Assembly: GCA_951406725.2 (NCBI GenBank)
Contig: OX597830.1
Coordinates: 23,312,001 to 23,376,000, forward strand
DNA: 64,000 bases
From: Octopus vulgaris
Taxonomy: Eukaryota
Reading direction: 5' to 3'
Shown: positions 12,230 through 22,293 of the stretch, one piece after another
Layout: each line of letters starts with the position of its first letter
Position numbering within the stretch: position 1 is the stretch's first letter
Translations under genes and position numbers: made by a program
Notes under the pieces: model-generated
Seen by the model: the letters and a program-made list of their open reading frames with translations, nothing else
Database searches by the model: none
Told to the model about the DNA's origin: nothing

Positions 12230-12772
12230 CAGTGCTCTTCAGTCCAGTGGTTACGATAAAAAGAGGTTGTGTAGTGGACGAGGCTGACAAGATTGAGGAA
12301 AGACACTTCCCTCTTCAGTCGAGGCCCCTATCGACTTTTCTAAGTTCCATTTGGAAAAGGAAAATGGGGATGGAGAGAGAAGAGCTACCTCCCAGTGAAT
12401 TCGTGAAAAGATGGGTGACTATGGCAAAAATGCTTAGAGTTAATGGTCCAATTCAAACTATGCACCTGTTGATTGAAGGACGGGAGAGAGGTGGTCAGGG
12501 TAATCCTGGACCTGTGGAGTTCCTTGGTTGGCCCCAGTTAGAGTTTTTCCTGTAACAGGAGGACTGCATCATTCTTGTTATCACACACTTTGTATACTAT
12601 TAATATTTACATCGTATTTCATCGTCTTTCTATTTCTGTCACCCCATCCTTTGAGTAAATCCACTCACAAATTGTTGTCTATCCTTGTGATGTCTCCCTT
12701 ATCTATGCCCGTGTGGCTAATAAAAGTTATTATTATTTTTATTATTATTATCATTATTATTATTATTATTAT
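12230..12772 (+). mobile_element. Tx1/L1-like LINE 3' end with 3' UTR
   Basis: Degenerate C-terminus (...KRKMGMEREELPPSEFVKRWVTMAKMLRV), then a UTR ending GCCCGTGTGGCTAATAAAAG and (TTA)n. Clade assignment is by resemblance only. Confidence 0.5.
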
Positions 12773-13289
12773 TTGGACTGAAGGTTTCTATGACATATTT
12801 CCATTTTATTACACCATCAATAACATGCTTGCATTATAACCATATTTCAAGGAATTCAAAAAATTTCCTCCGCTCGAGCGCCAACGCCGTCGCCACCACC
12901 ACCACCACTACTGCACCGCCCCCGATGCTGCCACCGCCGCCACATCACCAACACTACATCCAGCGACTCCTGCACTAACACACTCGCCCGTCCCAGCTCC
13001 ACCAACCCCAGCACCAGCATCAACACCACCGTCACCGCCGCCATCTGCACCAATGCCACAAGCACCTGCGAGCTGCAACAACACCTCTACCTATCCCATC
13101 GTCATCATCTATGTTGTTGTTATTAATTTTCTTACTCATTATTTTAATAAACTCTTCAGTTAGAGTTTTGAGATTTTCTGTAATATTCTTTAAACTTGAG
13201 ATTTCTAACAGATAAAGACCACCGACGAAGACAATTTTTTACAATTATATACATACATATATACATACAAACGTGTGTGTATGTGTGTG

Positions 13290-13326
<37 letters not shown>

Positions 13327-13522
13327 TTACATACATTCATACATACATACATACACATATATACATATATACACACACATTTATATATACACATATACGT
13401 ATGTATATGTGCATATATATAAATATATATACATATATTCATATATGTATATGTCTATATATATATATATATATCTATCTTTATATATACACATATATAT
13501 ATGTATATATATGTATGTGTAC

Positions 13523-13580
<58 letters not shown>

Positions 13581-14031
13581 GTATATACATATATATATAT
13601 GTATATACTATTAAAAAAACAATATATATATATATATACAGAACTCTTTCTCACATATGCATATGTGTGTGTGTGTGTGTGATAATGCTTTTTGAAACAA
13701 TCTGATTGTGATAATGTGTTTTTGAATACATATTAATGTACCTTGAAATGATCTGGTGGTAATAATGTACTTTGAAATTAATTAACTGCAATATTATTAG
13801 AGTAGCGCATGTTCTTCTCATTATTATCTCCATATGGAAAGGCGGCGAACTGTCAGATTCGTTAGCATGCTGTGCAAAACGCTGAACGGCATTTCATGCG
13901 TACGTACGTCCTGAGCTCAAATTCCGCCGAGTTCGACTTTGCCTTTCAGACTTTTGGGGTCAATAAATGAGTACCAGCAAAACACTGGAGCCGATGAATC
14001 AAATAGTCCCCTTCCCTCAAAATTTCAAGGA

Positions 14032-14087
<56 letters not shown>

Positions 14088-14339
14088 GTCTCCATATGTA
14101 GGCGACGAGCTGGCAAAAACGCGAGCACGCCCGGGCGAAATCCTTAGCGATTTTTCTTCCCTCTTTACGTTACGAGTTCAAATTCGCTGTGGTCAGCTTT
14201 GTCTTTCATCGTTTCGGATGAACAGTGGGGGCGATGTAATCGACTTACCCCTCCACTAAACTTGCTGGCCTCGTGCCAAAATTTGAAACCACTGTGTGTG
14301 CGCGCGAGTTTCTTAGCTATATGCCAAATATACTCTTTA

Positions 14340-14695
14340 TATCAATGATCAAGATGGTAAACCTTAAGATATTGGTTATTATGAAGTCTTACGTTGAGAA
14401 TTGTTCGCCCGAAACCCATCAGTTTGAAACGCAGATTATTATTACTTCCGATCTATGGCTCACCTCCTCTGCACGCGACGCTTCATCAACCAAGAGGAGG
14501 TGGAAGCTTCTGTGAAAGAGTTCTACGTCTCGAAGGACAAGAACTGGTATCAGCGTGGAATCAAAGAATTGAGAGAAAGGTGGCTCCAGACTGGGCAATA
14601 CGATGGCCTCTACTTTGAATGCTAGGCTGCTTTCGTTCTAACCTGATGAATAAAGCAAATAAGTTAGCAAAATTTTGCAGAAATTTTGATTCAAC

Positions 14696-14702
<7 letters not shown>
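14340..14702 (+). pseudogene. Mariner transposase 3' relic
   Basis: DKNWYQRGIKELRERWLQTGQYDGLYFE is a typical mariner C-terminus; it is followed by a TIR-like end and TA. Confidence 0.7.
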
Positions 14703-14769
<67 letters not shown>

Positions 14770-14776
<7 letters not shown>

Positions 14777-14974
14777 ACCTTGTGAGCACCGGCAGCAATT
14801 TTTTTCCTCTTTCTTCCCTTCTTGGGATCTTTCCTTCTCCTTTGTTTCCGACGAAGAGCTCCGCTCGAAACGTTAAACCCTCCTTCTTCCCTTCTTTCCT
14901 GAGCGTCCAAATAATACTTTATTTGTTCCACGTTCTCGCGTTGCTGTGTTTTTTTTGTGTTTTCTTGTTTGGAT

Positions 14975-14980
<6 letters not shown>
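14770..14980 (+). mobile_element. Short hammerhead-bearing module (solo PLE pLTR / 3' end) between (TA)n tracts
   Basis: ~210 bp of unique sequence bounded by (TA)n on both sides, with a T-rich 3' part and a hammerhead at 14844-14878. Confidence 0.6.
14844..14878 (+). ncRNA. Minimal type I hammerhead ribozyme (U4C variant)
   Basis: GTTT-CCGACGA-A-GAGC tcc GCTC-GAA-ACGT-T-AAAC: stem I GTTT/AAAC, stem II GAGC/GCTC, palindromic stem III ACGT. Confidence 0.7.
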
Positions 14981-15008
<28 letters not shown>

Positions 15009-15011
<3 letters not shown>

Positions 15012-15708
15012 GGTGATTGGATAGTAACTCCCTATTTTAAAATGCTTATAATTTATTTATTAACTATAATTTTTTTCTCAAATTTGTTGTGTATGTTCTT
15101 TAATGTATGGGAATTGATTCCATGTTGTATTTTTTTCAGATCGATTATTTTGTTTGAAATTTAGAAGCTCTACAAACATGGGTGGATGTCTTACTGTGCC
15201 CGGCTAGCTGCATATTACGAAGTTTGGAGATCAGTTGTTCAAGCGCAAAGAAGGTGGAGGACTATTAGAAGAAGACATGCTCAAGTTGATGCAAAGATAA
15301 TCAAGAATTACCATGCAAAATTCATGGCTACAGGATTTGTAGCTGATACTTGAAGTGGTCGTAATTCCAATTCATCAAGGTCCACATGACAGGCTGGTCA
15401 GAAGCCCTGATTTAACACCCTGCGACTGTTTTCTTTGTGGTTGGTAAAAGGAGGAAGTCTTCTCTACCAAACCAATGACTTTGGAAGAACTTGAAGGGTG
15501 AATATGAGAAGTTATGTCTTTCATTCCGCAAGACTTCCTGATGAAATCAGTTGATGTGGTTCCCAGGCGGCTTCAGAAGCTGCTGATGAATGCTGATGCC
15601 TGTATCAAATTTTAAATAAAATTCCATGCTATACACTTTCTTTACATATTCGTTTTTTCTAAAAATTATAAGTATTTTAAAATAGGGAGTTACTTTTCAA
15701 TCACCCGG
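15009..15708 (+). mobile_element. Internally deleted Tc1/mariner (DDxD-type) element
   Basis: ~40-bp TIRs CAGGGTGATTGGATAGTAACTCCCTATTTTAAAAT / ATTTTAAAATAGGGAGTTACTTTTCAATCACCCGG with TA flanks; internal SPDLTPCDCFLCGW relic. Confidence 0.85.
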
Positions 15709-15714
15709 TATATA

Positions 15715-15960
15715 TATATATATATAAAACTGAGAATGTGTGTGTGTCTGTCTGACTGTGTGTTTCCCTAAAACTTGAGAACTACACAACCAATTTCATT
15801 CAAATTTTACACATGCCTTACTTAGGGTCCATGTAGTTTCATAGGCAAAAAAAGAATTTTCAACTTCTTGCCTAGGGCGAGCCCATAGCAATATCATATC
15901 TTCTCCACTATTTCAGTATTACGTGTTAAAAGTGAAACAAAAATATTTCTCTATTTTATA
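15715..15960 (+). mobile_element. Non-autonomous Helitron-like 5' fragment
   Basis: TATATATAAAACTG...(GT)n GTCTGTC...AACCAATTTCATTCAAATTTTACAC mirrors the 5' end of the Helitron at 62960-63595. Confidence 0.5.
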
Positions 15961-16589
15961 TCAGACACTTCACGAGCGCGAACTCATTAAAATTAAAATG
16001 GAAGAAATACAAACCTATTTAGGATTGATCACTGACAAAGACGGTGAATCTAGGATAACACCACCAAACAAAATAAAAAATTAAATTAAAGAAAAGACTA
16101 TTGTCTATAAAGTATACAATGTAGAGAAAAAAAAAAGATTTGAACACCCGGAGGAAAGCACCATCAAAAAGTGTCTTGGTGCGACTATGAAAGATATCTA
16201 ACCAGAGGCGGTAAATTCGCCACAATAGAAGCAAGGTTCGAGTCAACGGAGCGTGCAAAGTGGAAATATTTTATTTTTACCTTTATGTCTGGGACGTAGG
16301 ACGTCCCGGATAAAAATTAAAAATGTCTCCCCAGAAGTAGAGGTAGGCTGGATTGTAGCCACACTTCTGGGAGGACAAGATACAATTGATCGAAATTGCA
16401 AGAGACGGGCCTGCAATTCCAGTCTGTTATATATTTTGAGTATTGTTATCACTAGCGATATCAAGATATAACTTTGTATTTTGTATTTTATGTGTAGATG
16501 TATATATATAGATGTACATGTAATATGCACACATATATATACACCTATATATACATGTACTAGCACTATGAACCGGCAACGACGGGTCA

Positions 16590-16656
<67 letters not shown>

Positions 16657-16659
16657 GTA

Positions 16660-17070
<411 letters not shown>

Positions 17071-17384
17071 TATACATATATACATATATATATATATACA
17101 TATATATATGTATATATATATATGTATATGTATATGTATATGTATATATATATATATGTATATATATATGTATGTATATATATATGCATATATATATATA
17201 TGTATGTATACATATATATACATACATACGTATATTCGTACATTCATACGTATAAACATATATGTAAAATACATATATATCACAATCTATATAATAGTAT
17301 ATATGTGTATAATATACACATAAATACATGCATACGCTCACATATAGATATGAAGTGTAGTATTAATAATAATGACAATAATAA

Positions 17385-17452
<68 letters not shown>

Positions 17453-18000
17453 ATATAGTTCCGGGGGCAAATTGCAATTTTATTAAAACATGTGGGTCGC
17501 ATTTGTGCTGAGAGAGAGAGAAAAAAAAATAACGAATCTTACTAATTCTTACCAAATAATGAAAAATAACGAATCTTAGCAGTTCATAAGCATCATTAAT
17601 TAAAATGTCGAAATGTATTAATTAACCAAATTGTTGTAATACTTTAAATGCAGAGAAAATAAAACGCCTTAGAGTATAACTTTTTTAAGTTTAGTGAAAT
17701 ATCTTACCTTGCATCTTAATGATAAGGCTAATTTTAGAGCTGCCAGGGATGTAAGATGGGATTGTTGATATGGAAACTTTTGGTTGGATTGGAATATTAT
17801 TATCTGTAACTCTAGCACGCAAGCAGTTAGGGGTTAGATTTAATCTTTATCATTTGCTCGTTTTCGTCATTAGACTGCGGCCAAGCTGGGGCACCAGTTC
17901 GAAGTGTTTTTGTCGATCAAAGCGCTTGTTAAGCTGTTGGGGAGGGGTGACAAACACAGATGCAAACACACACACACAGACGTATGCAAATACAGCCCCA

Positions 18001-18055
<55 letters not shown>

Positions 18056-18104
18056 AAACAAGTCAAAAATAGAAAATGCTAAGATGATTTTATAGTGAAT
18101 CTTT

Positions 18105-18142
18105 CAGTACCGGTTTCGGTCATTTTGAGACCTTTTCAACTG
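18105..18142 (-). ncRNA. Minimal type I hammerhead ribozyme (U3-A8 covariant core) in PLE 3' region
   Basis: Minus strand: CAG-TTGAAAA-GGTC tcaaaat GACC-GAA-ACCGGT-A-CTG. All three stems are intact, the cleavage triplet is GUA, and it is on the same strand as the ORFs. Confidence 0.85.
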
Positions 18143-18623
18143 TAACGATTAAATAATTAAATTTAGAAAAATTAGAAGAAAAGTTTTTTTTAAAAGAATA
18201 TTTCTGTAGTAGTGTTCAGATATAAGTAGCATTCTGCCTTTCTCTGACTCCCTTGTTTGCACTTGTGTGTTCGAGGTCGTTTTGAGTTCTTGGTAGGATA
18301 GGTGAAGAATAATGAGGCTAATGTGGAGAGGGGGTGGGGAAATCTGGGAATGCCTTAATGGTCGTATTTTGAATGGTCAGTGGCTGACAGTAGTCGCAGT
18401 TCAATTCAGGAATTGTTTATGGAATTTGCGTAGGCGTTTTACTGAAAGACATTAGTGACAAGGTTAAGGGGTGGAAGGTGGAGAAGTAGAAGAAGAAGAA
18501 GATGGCGATGTTGATGATGATGATGATGAAGAAGAAGAAGAAGAAGAAGAAGGAGAAGGAGAAGATGGTGGTGATGATGGTGGTGATGATGATGACGACG
18601 ATGATGATGATAATGATGATGAT

Positions 18624-18656
<33 letters not shown>

Positions 18657-18782
18657 AAAAACAGAGAAGGGAGAATATGAATGGGTGTAAGTTTAGCTGT
18701 GATGGGGCTGATTAGTAATGGATTCTATGGAGTGTAATATTTGTGTGTGTATATATTTCTTTTATTCTAAAGTTGAGGTATA

Positions 18783-21107
18783 TTAATTGTTTGTCGTAGA
18801 CCCGTTAAGAAGTGGCTTGTATTTTGTAATAAAGAGATTTTCTTTACTTATTCGTTGTCTCGAGGTTGTATCGTCCCTAAATTGGTAGAGGGGGAAAATT
18901 CTGAAGTTTGGTGTTTTTTTGTTGGCGCAAGTATCTATGTGTTGGCTAAAAGCTATTTCTCTGTTTTGGGGAATTTTTATCTGGGATCTGTGCAGGGCCA
19001 TTCGTTTACGCAAACCATTTTTTGTTTGGCCTATGTACTGCTCTTGACACCCGGAGCAGGTTAGTGAGTATATTAGGTTCTCCGAAGCACATGTGAAGTT
19101 GCTTTTCACTGTAAACCGTTGTCCCTGTTTGAACGAGAACTCTGATCCCTCAATTAGATAGTCGCATATCCCGCAATTGGGTCTTCCACATTTTTTTACT
19201 GTCGGCTTCTGTGTTGAAGAGTGAATTCGGGCTTGTGTAAGGAGACTTTTCATGGATCTAGGCTGTCTTTTGCTTTTTATGATCGTGTGTGTTTGGAGGA
19301 TTGTGTTCATTCTGTGGTCTTTTTTTAGGAGGGGTATGTTGTGGAGGATGGTGTCGAAGGCTTCGTTATTGAGAGGGTTGTGTGTGAAGATGTATGGTAA
19401 GGCTTTTGGTTGTAAGTTTTTCTTTGATTTGGGATGTCTCAGTTCCTTGATGTTAAGTTGAAGGGCACGTTGAATGCACTTGTCAATAAGTGAAGGTGGA
19501 TAGTTCCTGGTGATAAGGGTATCTTTTAGTTCTTGTAGTCGTGTGTCTCTGGTGTTTGCGTTAGAGACTATAGTGCATATCCTTTTTGCTAGATTGAAGG
19601 GGATATTCATCCTGGTGTGTCTGGGGTGGCATGAATTGAATGGAAGATATTGCTTAGAGTCTGTAGGCTTATAGTATATGTCTGTTTCTATTATATTATT
19701 AGTTTTCTTAATGAGGATATCGAGGAAGGGGAGTTGTTGTTGGCTATATTCCATCGTGAATTGGATGTTTACGTCCAGTCCGTTTAAAATTTTCTGGAAT
19801 TCTATGAGTTTTTCTATATTTTTATGCCAAAGGATGAAACAGTCATCTAGATATCTCTTCCAGTTGTTTTCTATGTAGATGGAGAAAGGGCTGCCATATC
19901 TTTCTAGAACCTTACGATACAGACTGATCTCTAGGTATCCTATGACTAGGTTGGCAAAGGAGGGGGCCATTCGTGTACCCATCGCAGTCCCCGATTTTTG
20001 TCGGTAGAAGTTGTCATTGAAGGCGAAGAAGTTATTTTCCAGGATGAATTTAACCCCTTCTATCACAAATTCTTTTTTGATGTGGTGTGGTAGTTCGTTG
20101 GCGTGATTCTCTAGCCAGAATTGGATTGCCTCTAGTCCTAGGTTGTGGGGGATATTGGAGTAGAGGTTGACTACATCGAAGGATACCAGTATGGTGTTTT
20201 TGTTTATAGTATTCGGTAGGTGATTGAGCATATCTAAGTCGTCCCTTATATAGCTTTTGACATGTTTGAGGAGTGGTTTTAACAGGGTGTCTAAAAAGTT
20301 ACTGAGGCGGTGGGTTTCGCATGCGGGACCTGCTATTATGGGTCTCAATTTGAGGTCATTAGGATTAGGGACTTTAATTATTTTGTCTGTAGCTATCTTG
20401 CATGCGTTGCTTATTTTTTCACTTTTGTGGATCTTAGGTATACCGTAGAATTGGCTAGTTTTACTTGTGAAATTGGTCATATAATCATATTCTTTGTCGG
20501 TGAGCCCTGCTTTGTATGGGTTTAATATGGATTTTAGTTCCCTCATTATTTTTTGTTGACTGTAGTTTTGTGCCTTTTCATAGTATGTTGTGTCTTCCAG
20601 CATAGAAAGTACCAAAGTTATGTAAAATGTCGTATCCATTAAGACAACAGCACTCCCTTTATCGGCCTCTTTGATTGTTATTGTTTTATCTTGTTTTAAT
20701 TTGTTCAACTCAGCCCATTCTTTTTTGCTGAAGTTTGGTTTGTGTTTTTGTTTGTGCATATGTTGATATGGGTAATTAGATATGTGGTCACAGAAATCAT
20801 CAAGTGTTTTGTTCTTACCTTTCGAGGGGGTGTAGTTACTCCTATTTCTGGCTAACGATTCGTCCTCGTTGTATTTATCGTATAGCTCCTCAGTAAGTCT
20901 TAATTTTCTGCAGAATTCTGCGATGTCTTCTTTCATTTCGTTGTAGTTGGGGTGTTGTGGGGTGGGTGTAAACTTGAGTCCTTTGGAAAGTATGTTAATT
21001 TGGTTTGCTGTTAGTTCCTTGTGAGTTAGATTGATAATTTTTATTACTTTTGGTTCCTCCTGCTTGTTTGGTGCTATCTTGTGTCTCTGTGTTTGCGTAT
21101 TGGGTCT
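18783..21107 (-). CDS. Penelope-like reverse transcriptase + GIY-YIG endonuclease (ORF2; frame open 57 codons upstream of the ATG at 20936)
   Basis: RT motifs ADKG, FYGIPKIHK, LRPII, SFDVVNLYSNIP, GTAMGTRMAPSFANL, RYLDD, LPFLD, DIYYKPT. Linker CGRPNCGIC; endonuclease LIYSLTCSGCQEQYIGQT...RMALH. The upstream in-frame extension contains the PLE-typical IINLT...ILSKGLKFTPTP. Confidence 0.95.
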   Translation of the reverse strand, partial: RPNTQTQRHKIAPNKQEEPKVIKIINLTHKELTANQINILSKGLKFTPTPQHPNYNEMKEDIAEFCRKLRLTEELYDKYNEDESLARNRSNYTPSKGKNKTLDDFCDHISNYPYQHMHKQKHKPNFSKKEWAELNKLKQDKTITIKEADKGSAVVLMDTTFYITLVLSMLEDTTYYEKAQNYSQQKIMRELKSILNPYKAGLTDKEYDYMTNFTSKTSQFYGIPKIHKSEKISNACKIATDKIIKVPNPNDLKLRPIIAGPACETHRLSNFLDTLLKPLLKHVKSYIRDDLDMLNHLPNTINKNTILVSFDVVNLYSNIPHNLGLEAIQFWLENHANELPHHIKKEFVIEGVKFILENNFFAFNDNFYRQKSGTAMGTRMAPSFANLVIGYLEISLYRKVLERYGSPFSIYIENNWKRYLDDCFILWHKNIEKLIEFQKILNGLDVNIQFTMEYSQQQLPFLDILIKKTNNIIETDIYYKPTDSKQYLPFNSCHPRHTRMNIPFNLAKRICTIVSNANTRDTRLQELKDTLITRNYPPSLIDKCIQRALQLNIKELRHPKSKKNLQPKALPYIFTHNPLNNEAFDTILHNIPLLKKDHRMNTILQTHTIIKSKRQPRSMKSLLTQARIHSSTQKPTVKKCGRPNCGICDYLIEGSEFSFKQGQRFTVKSNFTCASENLIYSLTCSGCQEQYIGQTKNGLRKRMALHRSQIKIPQNREIAFSQHIDTCANKKTPNFRIFPLYQFRDDTTSRQRISKENLFITKYKPLLNGSTTNN

Positions 21108-22234
21108 AAAAAATGAATGCGGTGGTTGGGACGGTAGCTATTATATAGTTGTTCTTTGTTGATGTGGGGTCTCCTGTTGTGATTTATGGTGTGTGTTCTT
21201 GGAGCAGTATTGAGGAGAGCATCCCGATATCCCATATTCGGGTGTGGTGTTCTAGGAGGCCTTCGTTGGTAATCATTGTAAGTGGAGTAGGTTTGTTGTG
21301 CATGGTTGTTTAACCGGTTTATGGGGCGGAGATTTCGTTGGTAACTCTTTTGGGTGGGGATAAGGTTGCAGTGTCTATGCTGTGGGTGTTGATTTATCCT
21401 TTCTCTGCTTGAAGTGGGGGTATTCCTGATATTGTAACGCTGGCTGTTTACAGAGTTAGGGTTAGGTCCTGTATTCTTTTTTTGAAAGTAGTGAAGGTTC
21501 CGATTTTTAGACAGGTGTGTATCGGTGTTTGGGTGTTGTTTTGGTTTTCTTATTTTCTGGAAAGGGTTGTTGGAGGCGTGCTCTGTTTGAAAGACGGCTT
21601 CATAGTCTGAGAACCAAATGGCGTTTTTCTCCCAGCGTTGGAGAGATTTTAGTTCTTCTTTTTCACAGTCCTCTTTCCATAGTTTGGAGAACTTCTCTTG
21701 ATCTGGGCCTTGGGTCATTTTGCGAATTTCTTCGTTGATATCTTCATCGGTGGATTTTATTTTATCCTCATTCGTTTGGGCCCTCAATTTCAGAAGTTCT
21801 ATTTCCATTTTCATTTTTTCCAGTGCCATTCTCTCCCTGAGGTGTCTTTGTGTTTCAGGTTCCTCTGTAATAGCTTTGAACTGGAATTTACGTGGGAGGA
21901 TTAACGGGGTCCGGTTGAGCCATTTTTCGTATATATCCGCTTTGTTGTTGTTTTGGATCATCTTCCAAAAGGCGAACTTTCTATCTCTGAGTGATTTGTT
22001 CCATTGTGGGATTATGTGTTGTTTCATTTGGTATGTTGTTAGAGTATTGATCCCATATAATGTCGCGTTTGGAGGTCCTTGGTTAGCGTTGTTAGAGAAA
22101 AATGTTCTAATTGTTTCGCATAAGTTTCCAAGGTTTTCGACAATTTCGGAGGTTGTATTTTTCGTATCTGTTTCCTCATTGTTCTCTCGATTGGGTTGAT
22201 GTGTCAAGTCGAATTTGTTCAAAAATGTTGACAA
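21074..22234 (-). CDS. PLE ORF1: predicted coiled-coil region plus N/Q/R/P-rich disordered C-terminus (5'-truncated)
   Basis: 386 uninterrupted codons, frame open up to the (TA)n boundary; the track's start codon is TTG. Heptad-like E/K-rich segment LRERMALEKMKMEIELLKLRAQTNEDKIK. Overlaps the ORF2 frame. Confidence 0.75.
   Translation of the reverse strand: MSTFLNKFDLTHQPNRENNEETDTKNTTSEIVENLGNLCETIRTFFSNNANQGPPNATLYGINTLTTYQMKQHIIPQWNKSLRDRKFAFWKMIQNNNKADIYEKWLNRTPLILPRKFQFKAITEEPETQRHLRERMALEKMKMEIELLKLRAQTNEDKIKSTDEDINEEIRKMTQGPDQEKFSKLWKEDCEKEELKSLQRWEKNAIWFSDYEAVFQTEHASNNPFQKIRKPKQHPNTDTHLSKNRNLHYFQKKNTGPNPNSVNSQRYNIRNTPTSSRERINQHPQHRHCNLIPTQKSYQRNLRPINRLNNHAQQTYSTYNDYQRRPPRTPHPNMGYRDALLNTAPRTHTINHNRRPHINKEQLYNSYRPNHRIHFLDPIRKHRDTR
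21107..21113 (-). promoter_or_regulatory. Candidate -1 ribosomal frameshift slippery site U UUU UUA
   Basis: ORF1 frame reads CAT TTT TTA GAC; the -1 frame TTT TTT AGA CCC continues without a stop into RT. The -1 frame has TAA TAG stops only ~8 codons upstream. Confidence 0.75.
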
Positions 22235-22255
22235 ATTTGTGTTGATTTTCTTGAG

Positions 22256-22293
<38 letters not shown>

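Larger units (their letters stand above)
18052..22257 (-). mobile_element. Penelope-like retroelement, Neptune type, 5'-truncated, inserted in (TA)n
   Basis: RT + C-terminal GIY-YIG ORF with a Cys-rich linker, an upstream ORF, a 3' hammerhead, and (TA)n directly abutting both ends. Confidence 0.93.

Noticed and set aside
18471-18690. Acidic poly-E/D ORF and poly-K ORF
   Set aside because: (GAA)n/(GAT)n microsatellite inside the PLE 3' non-coding region, on the antisense strand.
20934-20936. ATG as the true start of the 717-aa RT ORF
   Set aside because: The frame is open 57 codons further upstream and contains a conserved PLE motif there.
21720-22199. 159-aa plus-strand ORF
   Set aside because: Antisense shadow of PLE ORF1 with no recognisable motif.
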